This document shows, piece by piece, positions 42,203-51,140 of a DNA stretch of 51,140 bases. This DNA comes from Pseudomonas sp. UBA5782. GTDB lineage: Bacteria; Pseudomonadota; Gammaproteobacteria; Pseudomonadales; Pseudomonadaceae. The position numbers and the translations under genes were made by a program. The stretch lies in contig DIEE01000077.1 of the NCBI GenBank assembly GCA_002418465.1, forward strand, positions 1 to 51,140, written 5' to 3'. Position 1 is the first letter of the stretch. Every line of letters begins with the position of its first letter. The notes below the pieces were generated by a model. It saw only the letters and a list, made by a program, of their open reading frames with translations, made no database searches and was not told the origin of the DNA.

Positions 42203-42808
42203 ATGAGGCTTTTGCATCAACTGGCGCTGGTTTGCGGATTCGCCGCTGCGCTGCCGATGGTCGTCCATGCCGATGACTGGAAACTGGAAAAGGAAGAGGC
42301 GGGCATCAGCATCTACCTGAGCCCGGTAGCCGGGTCCAAGTACAAGGCCTATCGCGGCGTCACCACCATCAAGGCGGACATCGCCACCATTCGCGCGCTG
42401 CAGGAAGATGTCAGCGGTTCCTGCGCCTGGATCTTCGAGTGCAAGGAGCAGAAGCTGCTCAAGCAGGAAGGCGATCAGGCCTGGACCCACACCTACTTCA
42501 CGCCGCCGTGGCCTGTCACCGCGCGTGATTCGATCCTGCACATCACCACGACACAGGGCGCTGACGGCAGCCTGACCAGAACCCTCGAGGGTGTGGCCGA
42601 CTACCTGCCGGAAGAAAGTGGCTATGTGCGCGTGGCCAAGGTCGAGGGTGTGTGGAAGCTGACCCCGAAAGGTCCAGGCCAGACCGAAGTGGTCTATCAG
42701 GTGCAGACCGAGCCGGGCGGCAGCGTGCCGTCCTGGCTGGCCAACAGCTTCGTGGTCGATGCGCCATTCAATACCCTGAAAGGGCTGCGCGAACGCGCCG
42801 AGAGGTGA
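42203..42808 (+). CDS. Exported START-domain lipid-binding protein
   Basis: Signal peptide ending VHA|DD; WKLEKEEAGI, PWPVTARD and EPGGSVPSWL; AAGGAG RBS. Confidence 0.88.
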   Translation: MRLLHQLALVCGFAAALPMVVHADDWKLEKEEAGISIYLSPVAGSKYKAYRGVTTIKADIATIRALQEDVSGSCAWIFECKEQKLLKQEGDQAWTHTYFTPPWPVTARDSILHITTTQGADGSLTRTLEGVADYLPEESGYVRVAKVEGVWKLTPKGPGQTEVVYQVQTEPGGSVPSWLANSFVVDAPFNTLKGLRERAER

Positions 42809-42833
42809 GCGCCAGGCTTTTCATGAGGTAAAG

Positions 42834-42861
42834 AAAAAGGCTGCTCGAGGGCAGCCTTTTT
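42834..42861. terminator. Bidirectional intrinsic terminator
   Basis: AAAAAGGCTGCT-CGAG-GGCAGCCTTTTT between the START gene and gltA. Confidence 0.85.
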
Positions 42862-42877
42862 CTTGCTCGCAACGGTA

Positions 42878-44164
42878 TCAGTCGCGCTTGTCCAGAGGCG
42901 TGAAATCACGCTCCGGGTAGCCGGTGTACAGCTGGCGAGGACGGCCGATCTTGTAAGGGCTGGAGAGCATTTCCTTCCAGTGGGAGATCCAGCCGACGGT
43001 GCGTGCCAGGGCGAAGATCACCGTGAACATGCTGGTCGGAATGCCGATCGCCTTGAGGATGATCCCCGAGTAGAAGTCGACGTTCGGGTACAGGTTGCGC
43101 TCCTTGAAGTAAGGGTCGTTGCGCGCGATCTCGTCGAGCTTCATCGCCAGTTCCAGCTGCGGATCGTGGATGCCCAGCTCGGCGAGGACTTCGTCGCAGG
43201 TCTTCTTCATCACGTTGGCGCGCGGGTCGAAGTTCTTGTACACGCGGTGGCCGAAGCCCATCAGCTTGAACGGGTCGTCCTTGTCCTTGGCTTTAGCGAT
43301 GAATTTGTCGATGTTCGACACGTCACCAATCTCGTCCAGCATGGACAGCACGGCCTCGTTGGCACCACCGTGCGCCGGGCCCCAGAGGGCGGCGATGCCG
43401 GCAGCGATACAGGCAAACGGGTTGGCGCCCGACGAGCCGGCCAGGCGAACGGTGGAGGTGGAGGCGTTCTGCTCGTGGTCGGCGTGGAGGATGAAGATCC
43501 GATCCATCGCGCGAGCCAGCACCGGGCTGATCGGTTTGATCTCGCACGGGGTGTTGAACATCATGTGCAGGAAGTTTTCCGCGTAGTTCAGGTCGTTGCG
43601 CGGATACATCATCGGCTGGCCCATGGAGTACTTGTAAACCATGGCGGCGATGGTGGGCATCTTGGCGACCAGGCGGACCGCGGAGATTTCGCGATGCTTG
43701 GGGTTATTGATGTCCAGGGAGTCGTGATAGAAGGCCGACAGCGCGCCGACCACGCCGCACATGATCGCCATCGGGTGGGCATCACGGCGGAAACCGTTGA
43801 AGAACGACTTCAGCTGCTCGTGGACCATGGTGTGGTTCTTCACGGTGCTGACGAACTGCGCCTTCTGCTCGGCGTTCGGCAGTTCGCCGTTTAGCAGCAG
43901 GTAGCAGGTTTCCAGGTAGTCGGACTTCTCGGCGAGTTGTTCGATCGGATAGCCGCGGTGCAGCAGGATGCCCTTGTCGCCGTCGATATAGGTGATCTTC
44001 GACTCGCAAGAGGCAGTGGACATAAAGCCAGGATCAAAGGTGAAACGACCCGTGGCGGTGAGGCCCCGTACGTCAACTACATCGGGACCAACAGTGCCGG
44101 TCAGAACGGGCAGTTCTACAGGGGCAGAGCCCGCGATGATCAACTGCGCTTTTTTGTCAGCCAT
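42878..44164 (-). CDS. gltA: Citrate synthase (type II)
   Basis: [36 protein letters not shown] and YPNVDFYSG. Confidence 0.98.
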   Translation of the reverse strand: MADKKAQLIIAGSAPVELPVLTGTVGPDVVDVRGLTATGRFTFDPGFMSTASCESKITYIDGDKGILLHRGYPIEQLAEKSDYLETCYLLLNGELPNAEQKAQFVSTVKNHTMVHEQLKSFFNGFRRDAHPMAIMCGVVGALSAFYHDSLDINNPKHREISAVRLVAKMPTIAAMVYKYSMGQPMMYPRNDLNYAENFLHMMFNTPCEIKPISPVLARAMDRIFILHADHEQNASTSTVRLAGSSGANPFACIAAGIAALWGPAHGGANEAVLSMLDEIGDVSNIDKFIAKAKDKDDPFKLMGFGHRVYKNFDPRANVMKKTCDEVLAELGIHDPQLELAMKLDEIARNDPYFKERNLYPNVDFYSGIILKAIGIPTSMFTVIFALARTVGWISHWKEMLSSPYKIGRPRQLYTGYPERDFTPLDKRD

Positions 44165-44519
44165 GAGGCCTCCTGTTTTATGCTTGGAATCATCCTGCCC
44201 CCACGCAGGGCCCGCATCACTATAGAGCGATAAATTCGAAAGTCAATTTGCGTGGAGCCTAGGCGGTAGAGGGCTTTGAGGGCTATTGCGGGCCTGAAAA
44301 AACGGCTATTTACGCCTTTTGCGGGGCCAGCGCAATCCGCTCTTTGGGGCAGGTGATTGCGTTGTCATTAGTGTCCTAACTGTCTATACTCGATGCCCGA
44401 CCGCCAGGGCTTTAGCGCCTGTATTCTGGGGTCGTCACTCCCTGGGTAGTGGGACCTGACCAGCGCACTTCCCTACAACTTGCCCTGATTGTTGGGGCCT
44501 CAGCGTGAAAAAAACAGCC

Positions 44520-44894
44520 GTGAATAGCCAACGACCTGTAAACCTAGATCTTAGGACCATAAAACTCCCTATCACCGCTTACACGTCCATTCTTCACCGC
44601 ATCTCCGGTGTCATCCTTTTCGTAGGCCTTGCCGTCATGCTTTTCATGCTCGACAAGTCGCTTTCGTCCGAGGAAGGCTTCGCTGACGTGAAGATGTACC
44701 TGACCAGTCCGCTGGCCAAGTTCGTGATCTGGGGCCTGTTGTCAGCCTTGTTGTATCACCTGGTGGCCGGCGTGCGCCACTTGGTCATGGATACCGGTGT
44801 CGGTGAGACGCTGGAAGGCGGCAAGAAAGGCTCGAAGATTGTCATCGCCGTATCGGTGGTGTTGATCGTCCTGGCGGGGGTGTGGATATGGTAA
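44520..44894 (+). CDS. sdhC: Succinate dehydrogenase cytochrome b556 subunit
   Basis: RPVNLDL, SILHRISG and YHLVAGVRHL; GTG start. Confidence 0.96.
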   Translation: MNSQRPVNLDLRTIKLPITAYTSILHRISGVILFVGLAVMLFMLDKSLSSEEGFADVKMYLTSPLAKFVIWGLLSALLYHLVAGVRHLVMDTGVGETLEGGKKGSKIVIAVSVVLIVLAGVWIW

Positions 44895-45256
44895 CTAACG
44901 TTACGAACTTTTCGCGTTCGGGCCTCTATGACTGGATGGCACAGCGTGTGTCTGCCGTAGTCCTGGCGGCTTATTTCATCTTTCTTCTCGGTTACCTGCT
45001 GTTCCACCCCAATCTGGTTTACGCGGATTGGCACGGTCTGTTCTCCCACAACTGGATGCGCATTTTCAGCCTGTTGGCTCTGGTTGCGCTCGGTGTTCAT
45101 GCCTGGGTTGGTATGTGGACGATCTCCACCGATTACCTGACCGCCATGGCGATCGGCAAGTGGGCAACTGGCGTGCGTTTCCTGTTTCAGGCGGTTTGCG
45201 GCATTGCGATGTTCGCCTACTTCGTCTGGGGCGTGCAGATTCTGTGGGGTATCTGA
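44888..45256 (+). CDS. sdhD: Succinate dehydrogenase membrane anchor
   Basis: MVTNVTNFSRSGLYDWMAQR and HAWVGMWTISTDY. Confidence 0.96.
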   Translation: MVTNVTNFSRSGLYDWMAQRVSAVVLAAYFIFLLGYLLFHPNLVYADWHGLFSHNWMRIFSLLALVALGVHAWVGMWTISTDYLTAMAIGKWATGVRFLFQAVCGIAMFAYFVWGVQILWGI

Positions 45257-45259
45257 TTC

Positions 45260-47032
45260 ATGGCTAACATTCGTACGCTTTCGTTCGACGCCATCATCGT
45301 TGGCGGCGGCGGTGCCGGCATGCGTGCTGCACTGCAGCTCGCTCAATCCGGTTTCAAGACAGCAGTAGTCACCAAGGTTTTCCCTACTCGCTCGCACACG
45401 GTTTCCGCCCAGGGCGGCATCACCTGCGCCATCGCCTCTTCCGATCCGAACGACGATTGGCGCTGGCACATGTACGACACCGTCAAGGGTTCCGATTACA
45501 TCGGTGACCAGGACGCCATCGAGTACATGTGCTCCGTCGGCCCGGAAGCCGTGTTCGAGCTCGAGCACATGGGGCTGCCGTTCTCCCGTACCGAGCAAGG
45601 CCGCATCTATCAGCGTCCTTTCGGTGGTCAGTCCAAGGACTTTGGCAAGGGTGGACAGGCAGCTCGTACCTGCGCCGCGGCTGACCGTACCGGTCATGCA
45701 CTGCTGCACACGCTGTATCAGGCCAACCTGAAGAACAGCACCACCTTCCTCAACGAGTGGTACGCAGTCGATCTGGTGAAAAACCAGGACGGCGTGATCG
45801 TCGGTGTCATCGCCATCTGCATCGAGACCGGTGAAACTGCCTATATCCGCTCCAAGGCTACCGTGCTCGCCACGGGCGGTGCCGGGCGTATCTATGCTTC
45901 CACCACCAACGCCCTGATCAACACCGGCGACGGCGTGGGCATGGCCCTGCGTGCGGGCGTGCCGGTGCAAGACATCGAAATGTGGCAGTTCCACCCGACC
46001 GGCATCGCCGGCGCGGGTGTACTGGTCACCGAAGGTTGCCGCGGCGAGGGCGGTTATCTGATCAACAAACATGGCGAGCGTTTCATGGAGCGCTATGCGC
46101 CCAACGCCAAGGACCTTGCCGGTCGTGACGTTGTCGCACGTTCCATGGTCAAGGAAATCATCGCCGGCAACGGCTGTGGTCCGGATGGCGACCACGTGAT
46201 GCTCAAGCTCGATCACCTCGGCGAGGAAGTACTGCACAGCCGCCTGCCAGGTATCTGCGAGCTGTCCAAGACCTTCGCGCACGTCGACCCGGTCACCGCT
46301 CCGGTCCCGGTCGTCCCGACCTGCCACTACATGATGGGCGGCGTTGCCACCAACATTCATGGCCAGGCGATCACCCAGGACGCCAACGGCGTCGATACCG
46401 TAATCCCGGGTCTTTTCGCCGTCGGCGAAGTGGCGTGCGTATCGGTACACGGAGCCAACCGTCTGGGCGGCAACTCGCTGCTCGATCTGGTGGTGTTCGG
46501 TCGTGCCGCCGGTCTGCACCTGGAGAAGGCGCTCAAGGAAGGCATCGACTATCGCAGCGCCAGCGAAACCGATATCGAAACCTCGCTTTCGCGCCTGAAC
46601 AGCCTCAACGAACGCACCACCGGTGAAGACGTTGCGCCGCTGCGCAAGGAACTGCAGAACTGCATGCAGAACTACTTCGGTGTGTTCCGCACCGGCGAGT
46701 ACATGCAGAAGGGCATCACCCAGCTGGCCGATCTGCGTCAGCGCATCGCCACCGTGAAGATCGCCGACAAGAGCCAGGCGTTCAACACCGCTCGTATCGA
46801 AGCGCTGGAACTGCAAAACCTGCTGGAAGTGGCCGAAGCCACCGCGATTGCCGCCGAAGAACGCAAGGAATCCCGCGGCGCGCATGCTCGCGAGGACTTC
46901 GAAGATCGCGATGACCAGAACTGGCTTTGCCACTCGCTGTATTTCCCGGGTGACAAGCGCGTCACCAAGCGCGCGGTGAACTTCGCGCCGAAGACCGTTC
47001 CGCCATTCGAACCCAAGGTTCGGACTTACTAA
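45260..47032 (+). CDS. sdhA: Succinate dehydrogenase flavoprotein
   Basis: [28 protein letters not shown] and [11 protein letters not shown]. Confidence 0.98.
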   Translation: MANIRTLSFDAIIVGGGGAGMRAALQLAQSGFKTAVVTKVFPTRSHTVSAQGGITCAIASSDPNDDWRWHMYDTVKGSDYIGDQDAIEYMCSVGPEAVFELEHMGLPFSRTEQGRIYQRPFGGQSKDFGKGGQAARTCAAADRTGHALLHTLYQANLKNSTTFLNEWYAVDLVKNQDGVIVGVIAICIETGETAYIRSKATVLATGGAGRIYASTTNALINTGDGVGMALRAGVPVQDIEMWQFHPTGIAGAGVLVTEGCRGEGGYLINKHGERFMERYAPNAKDLAGRDVVARSMVKEIIAGNGCGPDGDHVMLKLDHLGEEVLHSRLPGICELSKTFAHVDPVTAPVPVVPTCHYMMGGVATNIHGQAITQDANGVDTVIPGLFAVGEVACVSVHGANRLGGNSLLDLVVFGRAAGLHLEKALKEGIDYRSASETDIETSLSRLNSLNERTTGEDVAPLRKELQNCMQNYFGVFRTGEYMQKGITQLADLRQRIATVKIADKSQAFNTARIEALELQNLLEVAEATAIAAEERKESRGAHAREDFEDRDDQNWLCHSLYFPGDKRVTKRAVNFAPKTVPPFEPKVRTY

Positions 47033-47043
47033 GGGTGGCTGCC

Positions 47044-47748
47044 ATGTTGAAAGTCAGTGTGTATCGCTACAACCCCGAGCAGGACGCCTCTCCGCACATG
47101 CAGGAGTTCCAGGTCGACACCGACGGCAAGGACATCATGGTCCTCGACGTTCTGGCGCTGATCAAGGAACAGGACGTGACCTTCTCCTATCGCCGCTCCT
47201 GCCGTGAAGGCGTCTGCGGCTCCGACGGGATGAACATCAACGGCAAGAACGGCCTGGCGTGCATCACTCCGCTGTCCTCGGTGGTGAAAGGCGACACCCT
47301 GGTGGTGCGCCCATTGCCGGGTCTGCCGGTGATTCGCGATCTGGTCGTCGATATGAGCATCTTCTACAAGCAGTACGAGAAGGTGAAGCCGTACCTGCAG
47401 AACGATACGCCGGCTCCGGCCATCGAACGTCTGCAGTCGCCCGAAGAGCGCGAGAAGCTCGACGGCCTGTACGAGTGCATCCTCTGCGCCTGCTGCTCGA
47501 CGTCCTGCCCGTCGTTCTGGTGGAACCCCGACAAGTTCCTTGGTCCCGCTGCGCTGCTGCAGGCCTACCGCTTCCTGGCCGACAGCCGCGACACCCAGAC
47601 CGAAGAGCGTTTGGCAGCGATGGATGACCCTTTCAGCGTGTTCCGTTGCCGCGGAATCATGAACTGCGTGAACGTCTGCCCCAAAGGTCTCAACCCGACC
47701 AAGGCAATCGGCCACGTGCGCAACATGCTTCTGCAAAGCGGTACCTGA
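47044..47748 (+). CDS. sdhB: Succinate dehydrogenase iron-sulfur subunit
   Basis: SCREGVCGSD, CILCACCSTSCP and CRGIMNCVNVCP. Confidence 0.98.
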   Translation: MLKVSVYRYNPEQDASPHMQEFQVDTDGKDIMVLDVLALIKEQDVTFSYRRSCREGVCGSDGMNINGKNGLACITPLSSVVKGDTLVVRPLPGLPVIRDLVVDMSIFYKQYEKVKPYLQNDTPAPAIERLQSPEEREKLDGLYECILCACCSTSCPSFWWNPDKFLGPAALLQAYRFLADSRDTQTEERLAAMDDPFSVFRCRGIMNCVNVCPKGLNPTKAIGHVRNMLLQSGT

Positions 47749-47769
47749 TTCGCGATCTGCTATACCTGC

Positions 47770-47995
47770 AACGCCAGTAGTGCCTGTAGCGCCGGTTTCA
47801 GCCGGCACTGCAGTTTTAGCCAGGACCGCAGCCCAAAAAGTCGTGGTCCCCATTCGAAAAATATGACGACCAGCAGGGGCATCCGGGCTGGTACCCGGAC
47901 TATCTGCGTGGTCCGTTTGGATCTGTCTGAGCTTGCAATGTCCAGGCAGTTCGCGAGCGGTGACCACGCCGGTGGTGTCCCCTTACCGAGGGTGA
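47770..47995 (+). ncRNA. Probable sucA-II cis-regulatory RNA motif in the sucA leader
   Basis: ~250-bp sdhB-sucA spacer with several hairpins (GCCGGTttcAGCCGGC; GGACCGC...GTGGTCC; TCCGGG...CCCGGA). The sucA-II motif is described 5' of Pseudomonas sucA. Boundaries approximate. Confidence 0.6.
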
Positions 47996-48001
47996 CCAAG
48001 C

Positions 48002-50833
48002 ATGCAAGAAAGCGTAATGCAGCGCATGTGGGACAGCGCCCACCTTTCTGGTGGTAACGCTGCCTATGTGGAAGAGCTTTATGAGCTCTACCTGCACGAT
48101 CCCAACGCTGTGCCAGAAGAGTGGCGCACCTACTTCCAGAAGCTGCCGACCGATGGCAGTGCTGCCACCGATGTCTCGCACTCTACGGTCCGCGATCATT
48201 TCGTTCTGCTCGCCAAGAATCAGCGTCGCGCTCAACCGGTTTCCGCCGGCAGCGTAAGCAGCGAGCACGAGAAGAAGCAGGTTGAAGTCCTGCGTCTGAT
48301 CCAGGCCTATCGCATGCGTGGCCACCAGGCCGCTCAGCTCGACCCGCTGGGTCTGGCCAAGCGTGCCGCTCCGGCCGATCTGGCGATCAATCACTACGGT
48401 CTGACCGACTCCGACCTGGACACCACCTTCCGCACCGGTGAGTTGTACATCGGCAAGGAGGAGGCGACTCTGCGTGAAATTCAGGACGCCTTGCAGCAGA
48501 CTTATTGCCGCACCATTGGCGCCGAATTTACCCATATCGTCGATTCCGAACAGCGCAAGTGGTTCCAGCAGCGTCTGGAAAGCGTGCGTGGTCGCCCGGC
48601 GTTCTCAGCCGAAGTGCGCAGCCATCTGCTCGAGCGTCTCACCGCAGCCGAGGGCCTGGAAAAGTACCTGGGCACCAAATACCCGGGTACCAAGCGCTTC
48701 GGTCTGGAAGGCGGCGAGAGTCTGATCCCGCTGCTGGACGAAGTCATCCAGCGCTCGGGTTCATACGGCAACAAGGAAATCGTCATCGGCATGGCCCACC
48801 GCGGGCGTCTGAACGTGCTGGTGAACACCTTCGGCAAGAACCCGCGCGACCTGTTCGACGAGTTCGAGGGCAAGAAGGTCGAAGGACTGAGCTCCGGTGA
48901 CGTCAAATACCACCAGGGTTTCTCCTCCAACGTGATGACTGCCGGCGGCGAAGTTCACCTCGCGCTGGCGTTCAACCCGTCGCACTTGGAAATCGTTTCC
49001 CCGGTGGTCGAAGGTTCGGTACGTGCCCGTCAGGATCGTCGCAACGATCTGTCCGGTGACAAGGTGCTTCCGGTAACCATCCACGGTGATGCCGCTGTCG
49101 CAGGGCAGGGCGTGGTCATGGAAACCTTCCAGATGTCGCAGACCCGCGGCTTCAAGACCGGCGGCACAATTCGCATCGTGATCAACAACCAGGTCGGCTT
49201 CACCATCAGCCGCCAGGAAGATGCGCGTTCCACCGAGTACGCCACCGACGTGGCGAAGATGATCCAGGCGCCGATCCTCCACGTGAACGGGGATGACCCG
49301 GAAGCCGTGCTGTTCGTCACCCAGCTGGCCATCGACTATCGCATGCAGTTCAAGCGTGACGTGGTCATCGATCTGGTCTGCTACCGCCGTCGCGGCCACA
49401 ACGAGGCCGACGAGCCGAGTGGTACCCAGCCGCTGATGTACCAGCAGATCGGCAAGCAGCGCACCACGCGCGAGCTCTATGCCGAGGCGCTGACCCAGGC
49501 TGGCGTGCTCGATGCCGAGCGCGTGCAGGCGAAGATCGACGAGTACCGCACCGCGCTGGACAACGGCCTGCACGTGGTGAAAAGCCTGGTCAAGGAGCCG
49601 AACAAGGAGCTGTTCGTCGACTGGCGTCCGTATCTGGGCCACGCCTGGACCGCCCGTCACGACACCCGCTTCGACCTGAAGACCCTGCAGGAGCTGTCCA
49701 ACAAGCTGCTCGAGGTTCCGGAGGGCTTCGTCGTCCAGCGTCAGGTTTCGAAGATCCTCGAAGATCGCCAGAAAATGACCGCCGGCGGCCTGCCGATCAA
49801 CTGGGGCTTCGCCGAAACCATGGCCTACGCGACCCTGTTGTTCGAAGGCCATCCGGTGCGCATGACAGGGCAGGACATCGGCCGCGGCACCTTCTCGCAC
49901 CGTCATGCGGTGCTGCACAACCAGAAGGACGCCGGGACCTACATTCCGCTGCAGCATCTGGTCAAGGATCAGCCGCGCTTCGACCTGTACGACTCCTTCC
50001 TTTCGGAAGAAGCCGTACTTGCCTTCGAATACGGTTACTCGACCACCACGCCGAGCGCACTGGTGATCTGGGAAGCCCAGTTCGGTGACTTCGCCAACGG
50101 CGCGCAAGTGGTGATCGACCAGTTCATCACCAGCGGCGAGCACAAGTGGGGCCGCCTGTGCGGGCTGACCATGCTGTTGCCGCACGGTTATGAAGGGCAG
50201 GGTCCGGAGCACTCCTCCGCGCGCCTCGAGCGCTACCTGCAACTGAGTGCCGAGCACAACATCCAGGTCTGCGTGCCGACTACCCCGGCGCAGGTCTACC
50301 ACATGCTGCGTCGCCAGGTTATCCGTCCGCTGCGCAAGCCGCTGATCGCGCTGACGCCGAAGTCGCTGCTGCGTCACAAGCTGGCCATCTCGACCCTGGA
50401 AGATCTGGCCAACGGTTCGTTCCAGACGGTGATCCCGGAAATCGATCAACTCGACGCACAGAAGGTCGAACGTGTGGTCCTCTGCAGCGGCAAGGTCTAC
50501 TACGACCTGCTCGAGAAGCGTCGCGCAGAAGGCCGCACCGATACCGCGATCGTGCGTATCGAGCAGCTCTATCCGTTCCCCGAGGACGATCTGGCCGAGG
50601 TGCTGTCGCAGTACGGCAACCTCAAGCACATCGTCTGGTGTCAGGAAGAGCCGATGAACCAGGGCGCCTGGTACTGCAGCCAGCACCACATGCGTCGGGT
50701 CGCCGTTGCGCACAAGCAGGGACTGTTCCTGGAGTATGCCGGTCGTGATGCGTCCGCTGCGCCAGCCTGTGGCTACGCTTCCCTGCACGCCGAGCAGCAG
50801 GAAAAGCTTCTGCAGGACGCTTTCAACGTTTAA
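48002..50833 (+). CDS. sucA: 2-oxoglutarate dehydrogenase E1
   Basis: KRFGLEGGE, GMAHRGRLN, HGDAAVAGQG, WEAQFGDF and GQGPEHSS. Confidence 0.98.
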   Translation: MQESVMQRMWDSAHLSGGNAAYVEELYELYLHDPNAVPEEWRTYFQKLPTDGSAATDVSHSTVRDHFVLLAKNQRRAQPVSAGSVSSEHEKKQVEVLRLIQAYRMRGHQAAQLDPLGLAKRAAPADLAINHYGLTDSDLDTTFRTGELYIGKEEATLREIQDALQQTYCRTIGAEFTHIVDSEQRKWFQQRLESVRGRPAFSAEVRSHLLERLTAAEGLEKYLGTKYPGTKRFGLEGGESLIPLLDEVIQRSGSYGNKEIVIGMAHRGRLNVLVNTFGKNPRDLFDEFEGKKVEGLSSGDVKYHQGFSSNVMTAGGEVHLALAFNPSHLEIVSPVVEGSVRARQDRRNDLSGDKVLPVTIHGDAAVAGQGVVMETFQMSQTRGFKTGGTIRIVINNQVGFTISRQEDARSTEYATDVAKMIQAPILHVNGDDPEAVLFVTQLAIDYRMQFKRDVVIDLVCYRRRGHNEADEPSGTQPLMYQQIGKQRTTRELYAEALTQAGVLDAERVQAKIDEYRTALDNGLHVVKSLVKEPNKELFVDWRPYLGHAWTARHDTRFDLKTLQELSNKLLEVPEGFVVQRQVSKILEDRQKMTAGGLPINWGFAETMAYATLLFEGHPVRMTGQDIGRGTFSHRHAVLHNQKDAGTYIPLQHLVKDQPRFDLYDSFLSEEAVLAFEYGYSTTTPSALVIWEAQFGDFANGAQVVIDQFITSGEHKWGRLCGLTMLLPHGYEGQGPEHSSARLERYLQLSAEHNIQVCVPTTPAQVYHMLRRQVIRPLRKPLIALTPKSLLRHKLAISTLEDLANGSFQTVIPEIDQLDAQKVERVVLCSGKVYYDLLEKRRAEGRTDTAIVRIEQLYPFPEDDLAEVLSQYGNLKHIVWCQEEPMNQGAWYCSQHHMRRVAVAHKQGLFLEYAGRDASAAPACGYASLHAEQQEKLLQDAFNV

Positions 50834-50898
50834 CGCCTTCGTGACGAGGCGGTCGTGGCCGCCTCGCAGAAGAAACCGAATCAATAGGAACCCTGATA

Positions 50899-51140
50899 AT
50901 GGCTATCGAGATCAAAGCCCCCTCTTTCCCGGAATCGGTCGCCGACGGCACCGTCGCTACCTGGCACAAGAAGCCGGGCGACGCCGTCAAACGTGACGAG
51001 CTGATCGTTGATATCGAAACCGACAAGGTGGTGATGGAAGTCCTCGCCGAAGCTGATGGCGTAGTCGCTGAAATCGTCAAGAACGAAGGCGATACCGTAC
51101 TTAGCGGCGAACTGCTTGGCCGTCTGACCGAAGGCGGCGC
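50899..51140 (+). CDS. sucB: 2-oxoglutarate dehydrogenase E2 (3'-truncated by the window edge)
   Basis: MAIEIKAPSFPESVADGTVATWHKKPG...IETDKV lipoyl domain. Confidence 0.95.
   Translation, partial: MAIEIKAPSFPESVADGTVATWHKKPGDAVKRDELIVDIETDKVVMEVLAEADGVVAEIVKNEGDTVLSGELLGRLTEGG

Overview
High-GC chromosomal window from a Pseudomonas/Stutzerimonas-like gammaproteobacterium, made almost entirely of core genes. In order: 'fimV-truA-trpF-accD-folC; a small membrane protein, an isochorismatase-family hydrolase and prmB; a lipid-oxidation cluster (acyl-CoA dehydrogenase, SDR, flavin monooxygenase, FabR/DesT-like TetR); apt-anr-hemN; the cbb3 assembly genes ccoGHIS and two tandem ccoNOQP operons; acnA-rlmM-tusA-MATE-pdxB; a PAS protein plus a chemoreceptor; ppnP and neighbours; gltA, sdhCDAB, sucA and the start of sucB. 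I saw no rRNA, tRNA, CRISPR array, transposase or integrase. Three things stand out. (1) folC is fused in frame at ~5950-5970 to the C-terminal end of a class III CoA-transferase, and the usual dedD-cvpA-purF-metZ continuation is missing, which points to a rearrangement or an assembly chimera. (2) An orphan 206-aa gene with a ParB/sulfiredoxin-like DGxHR motif sits behind a sigma-54 promoter with an IHF-like site and a repeated upstream element. (3) A split Aer/CetAB-type energy-taxis pair is present, and its chemoreceptor carries a CZB-like domain that has lost its Cys and one His zinc ligand. All family assignments come from motif recognition by eye; no database searches were run.
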